A stretch of 37,183 bases of DNA from a virus. Its lineage: Duplodnaviria > Caudoviricetes. A model generated the notes under the pieces. The model saw nothing but the letters and a program-made list of their open reading frames with translations. It was not told the DNA's origin and ran no database searches. The position numbers were made by a program, and so were the translations under genes. Positions 7,719 through 14,966 of this stretch are shown piece by piece (within the stretch, counting starts at the first letter, position 1; each line of letters opens with the position of its first letter). The DNA lies in the IMG/VR virus record IMGVR_UViG_3300012942_000086, positions 1-37,183 of that record; one strand, 5' to 3'.

Positions 7719-7757
7719 ATTGAGATCCTCGGCCGCCCCCGAGAGGGCGACCGCCAC
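7719..7757 (-). CRISPR. Solitary type I-C-like repeat
   Basis: GTGGCGGTCGCCCTCTCGGGGGCGGCCGAGGATCTCAAT versus the recalled Streptomyces I-C repeat GTGGCGGTCGCCCTCCGGGGTGACCGAGGATCGCAAC. Confidence 0.75.
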
Positions 7758-7775
7758 TCCGCCTTGCGGCGGCGT

Positions 7776-8030
7776 CTACGACGGTAGCCCACCGGGGCCG
7801 GCACTGTCTCGCGTTTCGCGGAGATCGGTGCGCGCGCCGCGGCCGGGGGCGGCGGCGTGGGCCGCGCGGACCTGGTCGGCGTCGTAGACGGAGCCGATCC
7901 GGCCGGACTCCAGCCGGCGCTCCCCGCAGGCGCGCACTTCCCAGCGCGAGAGGGTGCGGCGGGCGGCGGCTGGAGTCTGGCCGAGGTGGGCGGCTACCTG
8001 GTTGATGTCCCAGGTCTCGGGGTCGGGCAT
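7776..8030 (-). CDS. Small HTH DNA-binding protein, 84 aa (candidate Aca-like repressor)
   Basis: WDINQVAAHLGQTPAAARRTLSRW HTH; YDADQVRA; C-terminal PGRGARTDL motif; SD GAGAGGA. Confidence 0.75.
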   Translation of the reverse strand: MPDPETWDINQVAAHLGQTPAAARRTLSRWEVRACGERRLESGRIGSVYDADQVRAAHAAAPGRGARTDLRETRDSAGPGGLPS

Positions 8031-8052
8031 GGCGGCGTATCCTCTCGTGGCG

Positions 8053-8089
8053 GCGGCCCCGCCCCCGGTTCGGTCGGGGGCGGGGCCGC
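8053..8089 (-). terminator. Strong intergenic hairpin (attenuator or stabiliser)
   Basis: 15-bp stem GCGGCCCCGCCCCCG / CGGGGGCGGGGCCGC. Confidence 0.6.
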
Positions 8090-8100
8090 TGGCGTGCTGG

Positions 8101-8274
8101 TCAGGCGCGGTAGACGCCGTCCTCGGTGTGGTCGAGGACGTCGCGGAGCTCCTGCTCGACGCGCTCGGGGAGCTCGTCGCTCTGGCCGATGCCGTCGAGG
8201 AGGGGGCCGCCGAACGCCTCCAGCTCGTGGGGCTGCATGCGGTACTCGGCGGCGATGCTGGCGATGGTGGCCAT
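8101..8274 (-). CDS. Small acidic protein, 57 aa (candidate anti-CRISPR/DNA mimic)
   Basis: ATG 8274 after SD GAGGAG; 13 D/E versus 4 R; first gene behind the promoter. Confidence 0.75.
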   Translation of the reverse strand: MATIASIAAEYRMQPHELEAFGGPLLDGIGQSDELPERVEQELRDVLDHTEDGVYRA

Positions 8275-8323
8275 GTGGGGCTCCTCTGGTCTGTGCGGCG
8301 GGGCCTGTCCCTGCCGACACCCA

Positions 8324-8355
8324 TAACCTTGCCGCACGTGCGGCAAAGTGTCAAG
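8324..8355 (-). promoter_or_regulatory. Promoter with palindromic operator, copy 2
   Basis: TTGACA (8354-8349), 17 nt, CAAGGT. Palindrome TTGCCGCACGTGCGGCAA at 8329-8346. Confidence 0.85.
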
Positions 8356-8357
8356 CC

Positions 8358-8606
8358 CTATCCGCGCCCCGGCTTCGGCCCGACGAAACTCCCCAGCCCC
8401 GGCACGGTGTACGTCCACCCGTCCTCGCGGAGCGCGCGGAGGGCTTTCTGCGCGGTGGCCGCAGCCACGCCGAAATCGGCGTGGAGCGCGACGACGGAGG
8501 GGACGCGCTCCCCGCGCGAGTAGGTGCCGTCCTCGATCCGCGCCACGATCAGGTCGCGCAACTGCTGCCATCGCGGCACGTCAGAGGCCCAGTCGATCTC
8601 ATCCAC
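8358..8606 (-). CDS. GntR-family winged-HTH regulator (DNA-binding domain only)
   Basis: PRWQQLRDLIVARIEDGTYSRGERVPS...FGVAAATAQKALRALREDGWTYTVPGLGSFV. Confidence 0.9.
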   Translation of the reverse strand: MDEIDWASDVPRWQQLRDLIVARIEDGTYSRGERVPSVVALHADFGVAAATAQKALRALREDGWTYTVPGLGSFVGPKPGRG

Positions 8607-8762
8607 ATGGTCACCGTGGCACGCGGCGGCGCACGTCGCGAGCGAGGAATGCTGCGCACGCTATGTATTCCACGGCGTACTAGAGGTACCGTGGCCAGAA
8701 ACGCGAGTGCCCCGGCGCCGCTGTCACGGCCCGGGGCTGGCAGACCAGATGAGGTGGTCCAC

Positions 8763-9227
8763 GTGAGGGATGCTACGGCCCCCGCAGGGTTCTACGCGAG
8801 AGCCCGAACCGGCGTCGACGACGACCCGCAGCCGGATCCGGACCTGCCGCCGGTGTGGCGGCTGGACGCGGTCCCGGAGTCCGTGAGCGCGGCCCGGCGC
8901 GCGGTCGCCGCCCACCTGGACGCCATCGAGATCCTGCCGCCGGAGCGCGCGGCCGAGCTGGTGCTGCTGGTCTCCGAGATGACCACCAACGCCATCAGGT
9001 ACGGGTCCGAGCCGGGCGACTGCATCCAGATCATCTTGATGTCCGACGAGACGGGCGTGCGGGTGGAGGTCCACGACACCAACCGCCGGCCCCCCAGGTT
9101 CAAGCCGGAGTCGGAGGAGCGGCAGCGTGGTCGCGGCCTATACCTGCTCCAGGCGCTCGCGGACAGGTGGGGGACGGGCCCGCGGGTGTTCGGGAAGTAC
9201 GTGTGGGCGGAGATCGACCGCCGATAG
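8763..9227 (+). CDS. HATPase_c (RsbW-like anti-sigma/ATP-binding) protein
   Basis: SVSAARR, LLVSEMTTNAIRYG (N box), VEVHD (G1), RGRGLYLLQALADRWG (G2), GKYVWAE. The start position is approximate. Confidence 0.88.
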   Translation: MRDATAPAGFYARARTGVDDDPQPDPDLPPVWRLDAVPESVSAARRAVAAHLDAIEILPPERAAELVLLVSEMTTNAIRYGSEPGDCIQIILMSDETGVRVEVHDTNRRPPRFKPESEERQRGRGLYLLQALADRWGTGPRVFGKYVWAEIDRR

Positions 9228-9315
9228 AGGCGTCTGCGGGCCCCTCCCCGGGTGTGCCCGCAGATGGCGGCCCCGGGCGCGCGGCGCGTCCCGGGGCCGC
9301 AGCATGTCCCGGCGC

Positions 9316-9582
9316 CTACTCCTCCGGGTGCTCGATCTCCTCGCCCGCGGGCTCGACCGGGTCGGGGTCGCCGCGGACCCATGCGCCGGTCTGGAGGACG
9401 TCGACCAGGCCGCGCGCGTGCAGCTCGACCAGGGCCCGCGCGATGGTTTTCGTCGACACGCCGTGTTCGGCCGCGAGGTCGTAGCGGTTCGGCAGCCGTC
9501 CGCCCGGCCGGAGCCGCCCGGATCGGATGCCGGCCTCGATCGTGTCCGCCACCCGCTCGTACAGGTACCTGGTCTGCCGCAT
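9316..9582 (-). CDS. GntR-family winged-HTH regulator (DNA-binding domain only)
   Basis: YLYERVADTIEAGIRSGRLRPGGRLPNRYDLAAEHGVSTKTIARALVELHARGLV. Confidence 0.9.
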   Translation of the reverse strand: MRQTRYLYERVADTIEAGIRSGRLRPGGRLPNRYDLAAEHGVSTKTIARALVELHARGLVDVLQTGAWVRGDPDPVEPAGEEIEHPEE

Positions 9583-9630
9583 GACCGGAGCGTATGGGCG
9601 CGGGGCGGGATGCGGACGAGTGATCCCGAC

Positions 9631-9723
9631 ACCGGCCGCGACCGGCCGCTACCGGTCGCTACCGGCCGACCGGTAGCCAGAGGTGGCCAGAGGTAGCCGA
9701 TGGGCACCAAGGGTAGCCAGAGG
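9631..9723. repeat. Two opposed arrays of 10-bp tandem repeats
   Basis: ACCGGYCGCT-like x4 (9631-9670), then NGGTRGCCAG-like x5 with one degenerate copy (9671-9720). They share a GGTAGC core in opposite orientations. Confidence 0.8.
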
Positions 9724-9837
9724 ACTACCCGAGCGCATACGATCAAGAGGTCGACTCGGGCGTGTCGTCTCATCACCCCGGGCCGGCGAATGGCCCCCGC
9801 CAGCGCGTCTGGCGGGGGCCTCTTTCGCGCCTCCGGG

Positions 9838-9885
9838 CACTCGTTTTACACGCCTTATCGAGTGTGAAGGCTGATAAAAGGAGTG
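9838..9885. other. attP site of the large serine integrase
   Basis: 48-bp AT-richer imperfect inverted repeat CACTCGTTTTACACGCCTTATCGA|GTGTGAAGGCTGATAAAAGGAGTG (16/24 symmetric), central AG at 9861-9862, 33 bp from the integrase stop. Confidence 0.75.
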
Positions 9886-9918
9886 GCTACGCCCAGTGTC
9901 TATGCGCAGGTCAGGGGG

Positions 9919-11577
9919 CTACTCCGCCCAGGGGTCCGGCTCCCACACCGGGTGAATCTCGATCCGGGTCTGTCCGGAGCCCTCCACGCCCTTCTGGCCG
10001 GCGGCGCCGCGGGTCAGCACGACCCTGCGCACCAGCTCCCGGAGCAGGCGGTTCTTCTCCTCCGCGGTCATGATCTCCCAGGCGTCGAGCAGGCCGAGCA
10101 TGACCGGGCGGACGTCGAGCCGGACCACCTCGGCCGGCGTCTCGCCGAGGCTCGCGAGAGCCTGCCGGGCCTGGTCGCGGCGCTGCATGATCTCGCGCTG
10201 CGCCGCCTCGTACACCTCCGGCGGCATCGCGTCCGGGTGCATGGCGTGCTCGACGGCGAGCCGGGTAAGGGCCTGCCCGGCCCGCTCGACCTCGGCGACC
10301 AGCTTGCCGCGCTCGGCGGCGGCGCGCCGCAGCTGCTCCTCCGGGACGCGGCGTTGCGCGGGGATCGTGGTGGCGGGGGTGGCGTCGATGCCGGCGGCGG
10401 CCTCGCGGGCGAGCCAGATCCTCAGCTCGTCCTCGACGATGGCGCGCTGCACCCACACCGGGGAATCGCAGACGGTCCGGCCGGTGCTGTGGCCCTGGCC
10501 GCAGGACAGGGCGTAGCCGGGGACCTGGCCGCCCTTGCGCCGGGCGCTGGTGGCGTTCGCGCCCCCGCGGCAGTTGCCGCAGCGGGCGAGCCCGGTGGTC
10601 GGGTAGATCGGGTTGCGGGCGCGGGGCGCGGTGCCGCGGATCTCTGCGCGCAGGTCGAGCCAGCGTTCCCAGGTCTCGGGGGTGATCAGGGCCTCGTGCC
10701 TGCCCTCTATGTAGGTCCAGCGGGTGCAGGTGCCCCCGTTGGCCTTGTAGTCGCAGTGGCATTCGGGGTCGTGGATGCGGAGGAGGCCGGCGGGGAATCC
10801 GGTGCGCATGTAGCGGCGTAGGCCGTCGAATTTCCAGAGGCGGCCCCAACCGTTGCGGAGGCCTGCGGCGTTGAGGCGGGCGACGAGGGCGGCGTAGCCG
10901 GTGCGGTGGTCGAGCTGGTCGGTGTAGAGGGCGGCGACGATCGGCGCGGTCTCGGGGTCGGGCTCGTACCACTCGGGCTGGAGAATCCATTTGCCGGGCC
11001 GGGCGGGGTCGGGGATGCGGCGGCGGTGCCAGATGTAGCCGAGGCGCTGGCCGCCGGTGGCGGGGATGCCGTGCTGGCGCCGGAGCGCGTGGGTCTCGCG
11101 CCACTGCTCCCCGGCCCGGTCGGACTCGAAGGCGGCGACCTCAAGGAGCATGCCGCGGGTGAAGCGGCCGGTGGCGGTGCGGGCGTCGACGGCCTCGGTC
11201 GCGGACTGGAGGACGCCGCCGACGCGCTCGACGCGCGCGAGGTTGAGGGCGACGCCGGCCCGGTCGCGGCCGAAGCGGCTGAACTTCCAGACGGCGATGC
11301 CGGCGGCGGCGCCTTCCTCGATGGCGGTGATGCCCTGCATGATGCGGCGCTTGAAGTTCCGGCCGGTGGCGTCGAGGTCGGTGATCCAGCCGATGATGCG
11401 GTGCCCGTTGCGGTTGGCCCAGGAGGTGATTGCCTCGGCCTGGATTTCGGGACTGATGGCCTCCTCGCGCCAGGTGGAGACGCGGACGTAGCCGATGTAC
11501 GGGGTGCCGTCGGGGGGGCCGGCGGGCGGCCCCTCGATGGCGTACTGGGACAGGTCGGGCGGTAGGTGGATGGTCAC
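9919..11577 (-). CDS. int: Large serine recombinase (integrase)
   Basis: YIGYVRVST catalytic Ser, VWKFSRFGR, recombinase domain, CGNC..C..C zinc ribbon, coiled coil. GTG 11577 overlaps the upstream stop. Confidence 0.95.
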   Translation of the reverse strand: MTIHLPPDLSQYAIEGPPAGPPDGTPYIGYVRVSTWREEAISPEIQAEAITSWANRNGHRIIGWITDLDATGRNFKRRIMQGITAIEEGAAAGIAVWKFSRFGRDRAGVALNLARVERVGGVLQSATEAVDARTATGRFTRGMLLEVAAFESDRAGEQWRETHALRRQHGIPATGGQRLGYIWHRRRIPDPARPGKWILQPEWYEPDPETAPIVAALYTDQLDHRTGYAALVARLNAAGLRNGWGRLWKFDGLRRYMRTGFPAGLLRIHDPECHCDYKANGGTCTRWTYIEGRHEALITPETWERWLDLRAEIRGTAPRARNPIYPTTGLARCGNCRGGANATSARRKGGQVPGYALSCGQGHSTGRTVCDSPVWVQRAIVEDELRIWLAREAAAGIDATPATTIPAQRRVPEEQLRRAAAERGKLVAEVERAGQALTRLAVEHAMHPDAMPPEVYEAAQREIMQRRDQARQALASLGETPAEVVRLDVRPVMLGLLDAWEIMTAEEKNRLLRELVRRVVLTRGAAGQKGVEGSGQTRIEIHPVWEPDPWAE

Positions 11578-11885
11578 AGGCTGTTCCGCTGGGTTTCGGG
11601 TGGGGCGGGGCGCTGGATGGGGGTGACGGTGGCGCTGGCCATGTGCTGCACGGCCTGGGCGTAGCCGGTGGCCTGGTCGCGGTCGCGGCGGGCGTCCATG
11701 CGGCGGACGGTGTAGCGCCACCATGCGGCGAACAGGGCGGGGACGGTGGGGGTGAGTGCGAGGACTCCCAGGGTCATGGGGCCGGTGAGGTGGAGCGCTG
11801 CGCCGGTGAGGGCGAGGGTGATGGCGGCCGTGAGGATTCCGCTGAGGGCGAGGCAGAGGTGGTGGAGGTGGCGCGCGCTCATCAT
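11574..11885 (-). CDS. Two-TM membrane protein in the repressor-integrase operon
   Basis: MMSARHLHHLCLALSGILTAAITLALTGAAL...; SD AGGAG. Confidence 0.65.
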   Translation of the reverse strand: MMSARHLHHLCLALSGILTAAITLALTGAALHLTGPMTLGVLALTPTVPALFAAWWRYTVRRMDARRDRDQATGYAQAVQHMASATVTPIQRPAPPETQRNSL

Positions 11886-11899
11886 GGGTGGGGAGGCTC

Positions 11900-12286
11900 C
11901 TAGCTGGGTGGGGCGTCTCGCGCGGCTGCGAGCGCTTGGATGAGGTGGAGTACGGCGGGGCGGTCGTCGGGGTCGACGCCTAGTGCTTCGAGTGCCTGGC
12001 TGGTGGTGACGGGCGGCGGGGTGGTGGGGTGGTGGGGGTCGTGGATGATCCCGGCCTGGGTGAGCATTGCGGTGGCGGGGATGCCGGTGGCGGCGGCGAG
12101 GGCGTGGATGGTGGCGGGGGCTGGGGTGGTGCCGTCGCTGAAGATGCGGGTGATGGCGGCGCGGGGGATGCCGGCCTTGCGGGCGAGGTCTGCGCGCCAG
12201 CCGCGGGCGTCGAGGTCCCATCCGCGGTCGGCGAGTTGGTCGGCGAGCCATTCGGCGAACGCGCTCGGCCAGCTACTTTGTCTCAT
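11900..12286 (-). CDS. XRE-family immunity repressor (cI-like)
   Basis: WRADLARKAGIPRAAITRIFSDGTTPAPATIHALAAATG HTH; divergent from a Cro-like gene. Confidence 0.85.
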   Translation of the reverse strand: MRQSSWPSAFAEWLADQLADRGWDLDARGWRADLARKAGIPRAAITRIFSDGTTPAPATIHALAAATGIPATAMLTQAGIIHDPHHPTTPPPVTTSQALEALGVDPDDRPAVLHLIQALAAARDAPPS

Positions 12287-12298
12287 GTGCCAAACGTA
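12276..12298 (-). promoter_or_regulatory. Operator-like site and -10 (TACGTT) overlapping the repressor start
   Basis: Minus strand GTTTGGCACATGAGACAAAG is 16/20 identical to 12573-12592. Confidence 0.55.
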
Positions 12299-12546
12299 TC
12301 GCGCGCGGGACTAGCGCGTCCCCCCGTCGCGCGCGGTTGGCGGATTCCCACCTCCCCCTCACAGCGTGTCTACGCGCGTGCGCCCGGCGCACTACGGCGT
12401 ATGCACCATTCCTAGCAGGTACGTGCGACAGGCGGGGCCAGTTCGCACACATCCCCTCATGCAATCCTCACAAGATCAACACGGCTTGTTTGTCACGTGC
12501 ACGTAACTTGACGGCCGGTTTCAGCCTCACCCTATCCCAGATTGTC

Positions 12547-12595
12547 TTGCGCGCCGAACAATCATGGTCTATGTTTGTCACGTGAGACGAACTCC
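12547..12595 (+). promoter_or_regulatory. Early lytic promoter (TTGCGC-17-TATGTT) with operator GTTTGTCACGTGAGACGAAC
   Basis: The -10 is 6 nt before GTG 12582 (leaderless). The motif recurs at 12276, 12488 (partial) and 18419. Confidence 0.65.
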
Positions 12596-12839
12596 AGCAC
12601 CCGCCTGGGACCACCAGGCGCTCATCGACGCAGCGACCCGCGCCGGCCACGTCCACACCCGCGGCCCCAACCGCCGCGGCAACGTGCACGTCCGCCAGGT
12701 CGCCCAGCACCTCGGCATCAGCCCGTCCAGCGCGAGCCTCCTCCTCGCCGGACGCACCACCCCCTCGCACACCACGGTCGACGCGATCGAGCGGGTCTAC
12801 GGACTCAGCTACGACCGGCTGCGGCGAGGCCCCCAGTGA
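12582..12839 (+). CDS. Cro-like HTH protein
   Basis: VRQVAQHLGISPSSASLLLAGRTTPSHTTVDAIERVYG. Alternative start at 12564. Confidence 0.8.
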   Translation: MRRTPAPAWDHQALIDAATRAGHVHTRGPNRRGNVHVRQVAQHLGISPSSASLLLAGRTTPSHTTVDAIERVYGLSYDRLRRGPQ

Positions 12840-13000
12840 CCCGCGAGGACGCCTACGCGGCGGCCCGCGCCGAACTCGACATGGCGCTGGCCCGTATCGC
12901 CGCCGATCTCGCGGCCGGCCGCCTGACGCCGGAGCAGGCCGCGCATGTGCGGCGCTGCGACCGCTCGACGGCGCCCCGCCCGGCCGCGCTCGCGGCCTGA
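12836..13000 (+). CDS. Hypothetical protein
   Basis: GTGA overlap; high-GC3 frame. Confidence 0.6.
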   Translation: MTREDAYAAARAELDMALARIAADLAAGRLTPEQAAHVRRCDRSTAPRPAALAA

Positions 13001-13071
13001 CGCACGAGCGCCCGCCCCAGGTGACAGCTGGGACGGGCGCGACACGGCACACCACAGAGAGAGGACACGCC

Positions 13072-13209
13072 GTGCACCACCACCGTATCCCCGACGTCCC
13101 GGCCATCGAATGCCCGGACCTCCTGGCCTACCTGCGCCGGTTCCCGGCCCGGGACCGCATCCGCATCCTCGGCGAGTGCTGCGACCAGCTGATGGAGGCG
13201 ATGGCCTGA
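13072..13209 (+). CDS. Hypothetical protein
   Basis: SD GAGGA before GTG; TGATG coupling to the next ORF. Confidence 0.55.
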   Translation: MHHHRIPDVPAIECPDLLAYLRRFPARDRIRILGECCDQLMEAMA

Positions 13210-13364
13210 TGGACACCGCCCTCATGATCGTGCTCGCCATCGGCGCCGCCCTGTACCTGGGCGTCCTGGCCGTCGGCGAGTGGACCGCCTCGCGCGAGGA
13301 CACCGCGGCCGACACCATCCGCCCGGCGCGGCCGGCCAACCAGGGCGGGAGGCACGCCCGATGA
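13209..13364 (+). CDS. Small membrane protein
   Basis: MDTALMIVLAIGAALYLGVLAVG TM segment; coupled overlaps. Confidence 0.6.
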   Translation: MDTALMIVLAIGAALYLGVLAVGEWTASREDTAADTIRPARPANQGGRHAR

Positions 13365-13633
13365 CCGGGACCTCCCTGAGCGCCGTGCGCATCGCGGCCC
13401 GCGCCTGGACGCGGCCCCTGCTCGCCCGGATGCCGCGCGTGCGGTACGTCGCCCTGCCGCGCCCCGCCGTCGAGCTGGTCACCGCCACCGGCGGGCACCT
13501 CCTGTGCCTCGTCCCCGCGCTCGTCGCCGTGTGGCTGCGCGAGCCCACCGATGCCGAGCGCCTGGAGTGGCCCGACCGGCCCGACTACCTCGCCGACCTC
13601 GCCGCCCTGGCGGCCGAGGGGTGTGCGGAGTGA
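13361..13633 (+). CDS. Hypothetical protein
   Basis: ATGA overlap, SD GGAGG. Confidence 0.6.
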   Translation: MTGTSLSAVRIAARAWTRPLLARMPRVRYVALPRPAVELVTATGGHLLCLVPALVAVWLREPTDAERLEWPDRPDYLADLAALAAEGCAE

Positions 13634-13839
13634 CCGCCGCCGTCCTCGACGCCGTCGCCTCGGCCTACGCCGACGACCCGCGCGCGGTCGCCGCCGGCCT
13701 GCGGGCTCTGGCCGACGCCCTCGACCACCTGCCGGACGCACCCGGCACCACCGACCTCGGCCACGAGCACGCCGCCGCTGCGGCGGACGCGGCCCGCGAC
13801 CACCTCGCCGCACTCCTCGATCTGGAGGCATCCGCATGA
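13630..13839 (+). CDS. Hypothetical protein
   Basis: GTGA overlap, codon usage. Confidence 0.6.
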   Translation: MTAAVLDAVASAYADDPRAVAAGLRALADALDHLPDAPGTTDLGHEHAAAAADAARDHLAALLDLEASA

Positions 13840-14966
13840 CCGTCAGCACCCTGCCCGTCCGCCCCGCCGAGCAGCAGTACGCCGGGGCGCTCGCCATCCG
13901 CCCCGACCAGACCACGTGGAGCCCGGAGCAGGCCGCCGTGCTCCGGCAGACCGGCATCGACGACGACGTCGCCCCGGCCGAACTGTCCGCGTTCCTGCAC
14001 CTGTGCCAGCGCACCCAGCTCGACCCGTTCTCCCGTCAGATCTACCTGATCGGCCGCTGGGACAAGAAGCAGAAGCGGAAGGTCTACACCCCCCAGACCG
14101 GCATCGACGGGTACCGCGTCATCGCCCACCGCGTCGCCTCCGAATCCCGGCAGTCGTTCGGCTACGAGGACACGCTGTGGTGCGACCAGTCCGGCCGCTG
14201 GCGCGATGCGTGGCTGGCGGATACGCCGCCGGCCGCGGCGAAGGTGACTGTGCTCCGCAACGGCGAGCGGTTCTCGGCTGTGGCCCGCTTCTCCGAGTAC
14301 GTGCAGACCTTCCCGGACGGCAACCCCTCGGGGCTGTGGGGCCGGATGCCGTCCGGGCAGATCGCGAAGTGCGCCGAGGCCCTGGCGCTGAGGAAGGCGT
14401 TCCCGCACGACCTGGCGGGGATCTACACCGCCGAGGAGATGGCGCAGGCCGACACCCCGGACATGGCCGAGATCGAGCGTCTGACTCCGCAGGGCGCCCG
14501 GCAGGTGCAGCACAGCAACCGCGCCGAGCCAGGCCCGTGGGAGCAGCCCCCGGCCGAGCTCGCGCCGGAAGGGGAGCCGGAGCACCCGGACTACCTCGCG
14601 AAGGCGCGGGCGTGCCGCACCGTCGCCGAGGCGCGCGCGGTGTGGCAGAAGGCGAAGGCGGACGGGGCGCCCGGCGACTACCTCGCGCAGATCGCGGAGA
14701 TCGGCAGCTCGCTCCCGGACGCCGAGCCCGAGGCCGCCCCGGCCGAGCCGGTGGCCGAGCCGATCGAGCCCGCGGCGGTCGTCACCTCGGCCGAGCGCCA
14801 GCCGAGCCCGCGCGAGCGCCTCGCCGCCCTCGCCAAGCGCGCCGGCCTCACCCGCGACGACGTCGAGCAGGAGTGCCAGACGCTCTACGCCACGCCGCTG
14901 GCCGAGACCACCGACGCCAACCTCACCGCGCTGGCCGACACGATCGAGCGGGGGATGGGCAAGTGA
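13836..14966 (+). CDS. bet: Phage recombination protein Bet (RecT/Redbeta family annealase)
   Basis: FLHLCQRTQLDPFSRQIYLI, QTGIDGYRVIA, WGRMPSGQIAKCAEALALRKAFP. Confidence 0.92.
   Translation: MTVSTLPVRPAEQQYAGALAIRPDQTTWSPEQAAVLRQTGIDDDVAPAELSAFLHLCQRTQLDPFSRQIYLIGRWDKKQKRKVYTPQTGIDGYRVIAHRVASESRQSFGYEDTLWCDQSGRWRDAWLADTPPAAAKVTVLRNGERFSAVARFSEYVQTFPDGNPSGLWGRMPSGQIAKCAEALALRKAFPHDLAGIYTAEEMAQADTPDMAEIERLTPQGARQVQHSNRAEPGPWEQPPAELAPEGEPEHPDYLAKARACRTVAEARAVWQKAKADGAPGDYLAQIAEIGSSLPDAEPEAAPAEPVAEPIEPAAVVTSAERQPSPRERLAALAKRAGLTRDDVEQECQTLYATPLAETTDANLTALADTIERGMGK

Noticed and set aside
7228-7887. ORFs crossing the repeat cassette (7228-7887, 7373-7723, 7431-7787, 7523-7804)
   Set aside because: No SD, poor codon bias, and they overlap promoter, terminator and repeats; the region is better explained as non-coding RNA.
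6291-9600. cas genes accompanying the repeats
   Set aside because: No ORF shows recognisable Cas1, Cas3, Cas5, Cas6 or Cas7 motifs or suitable size.
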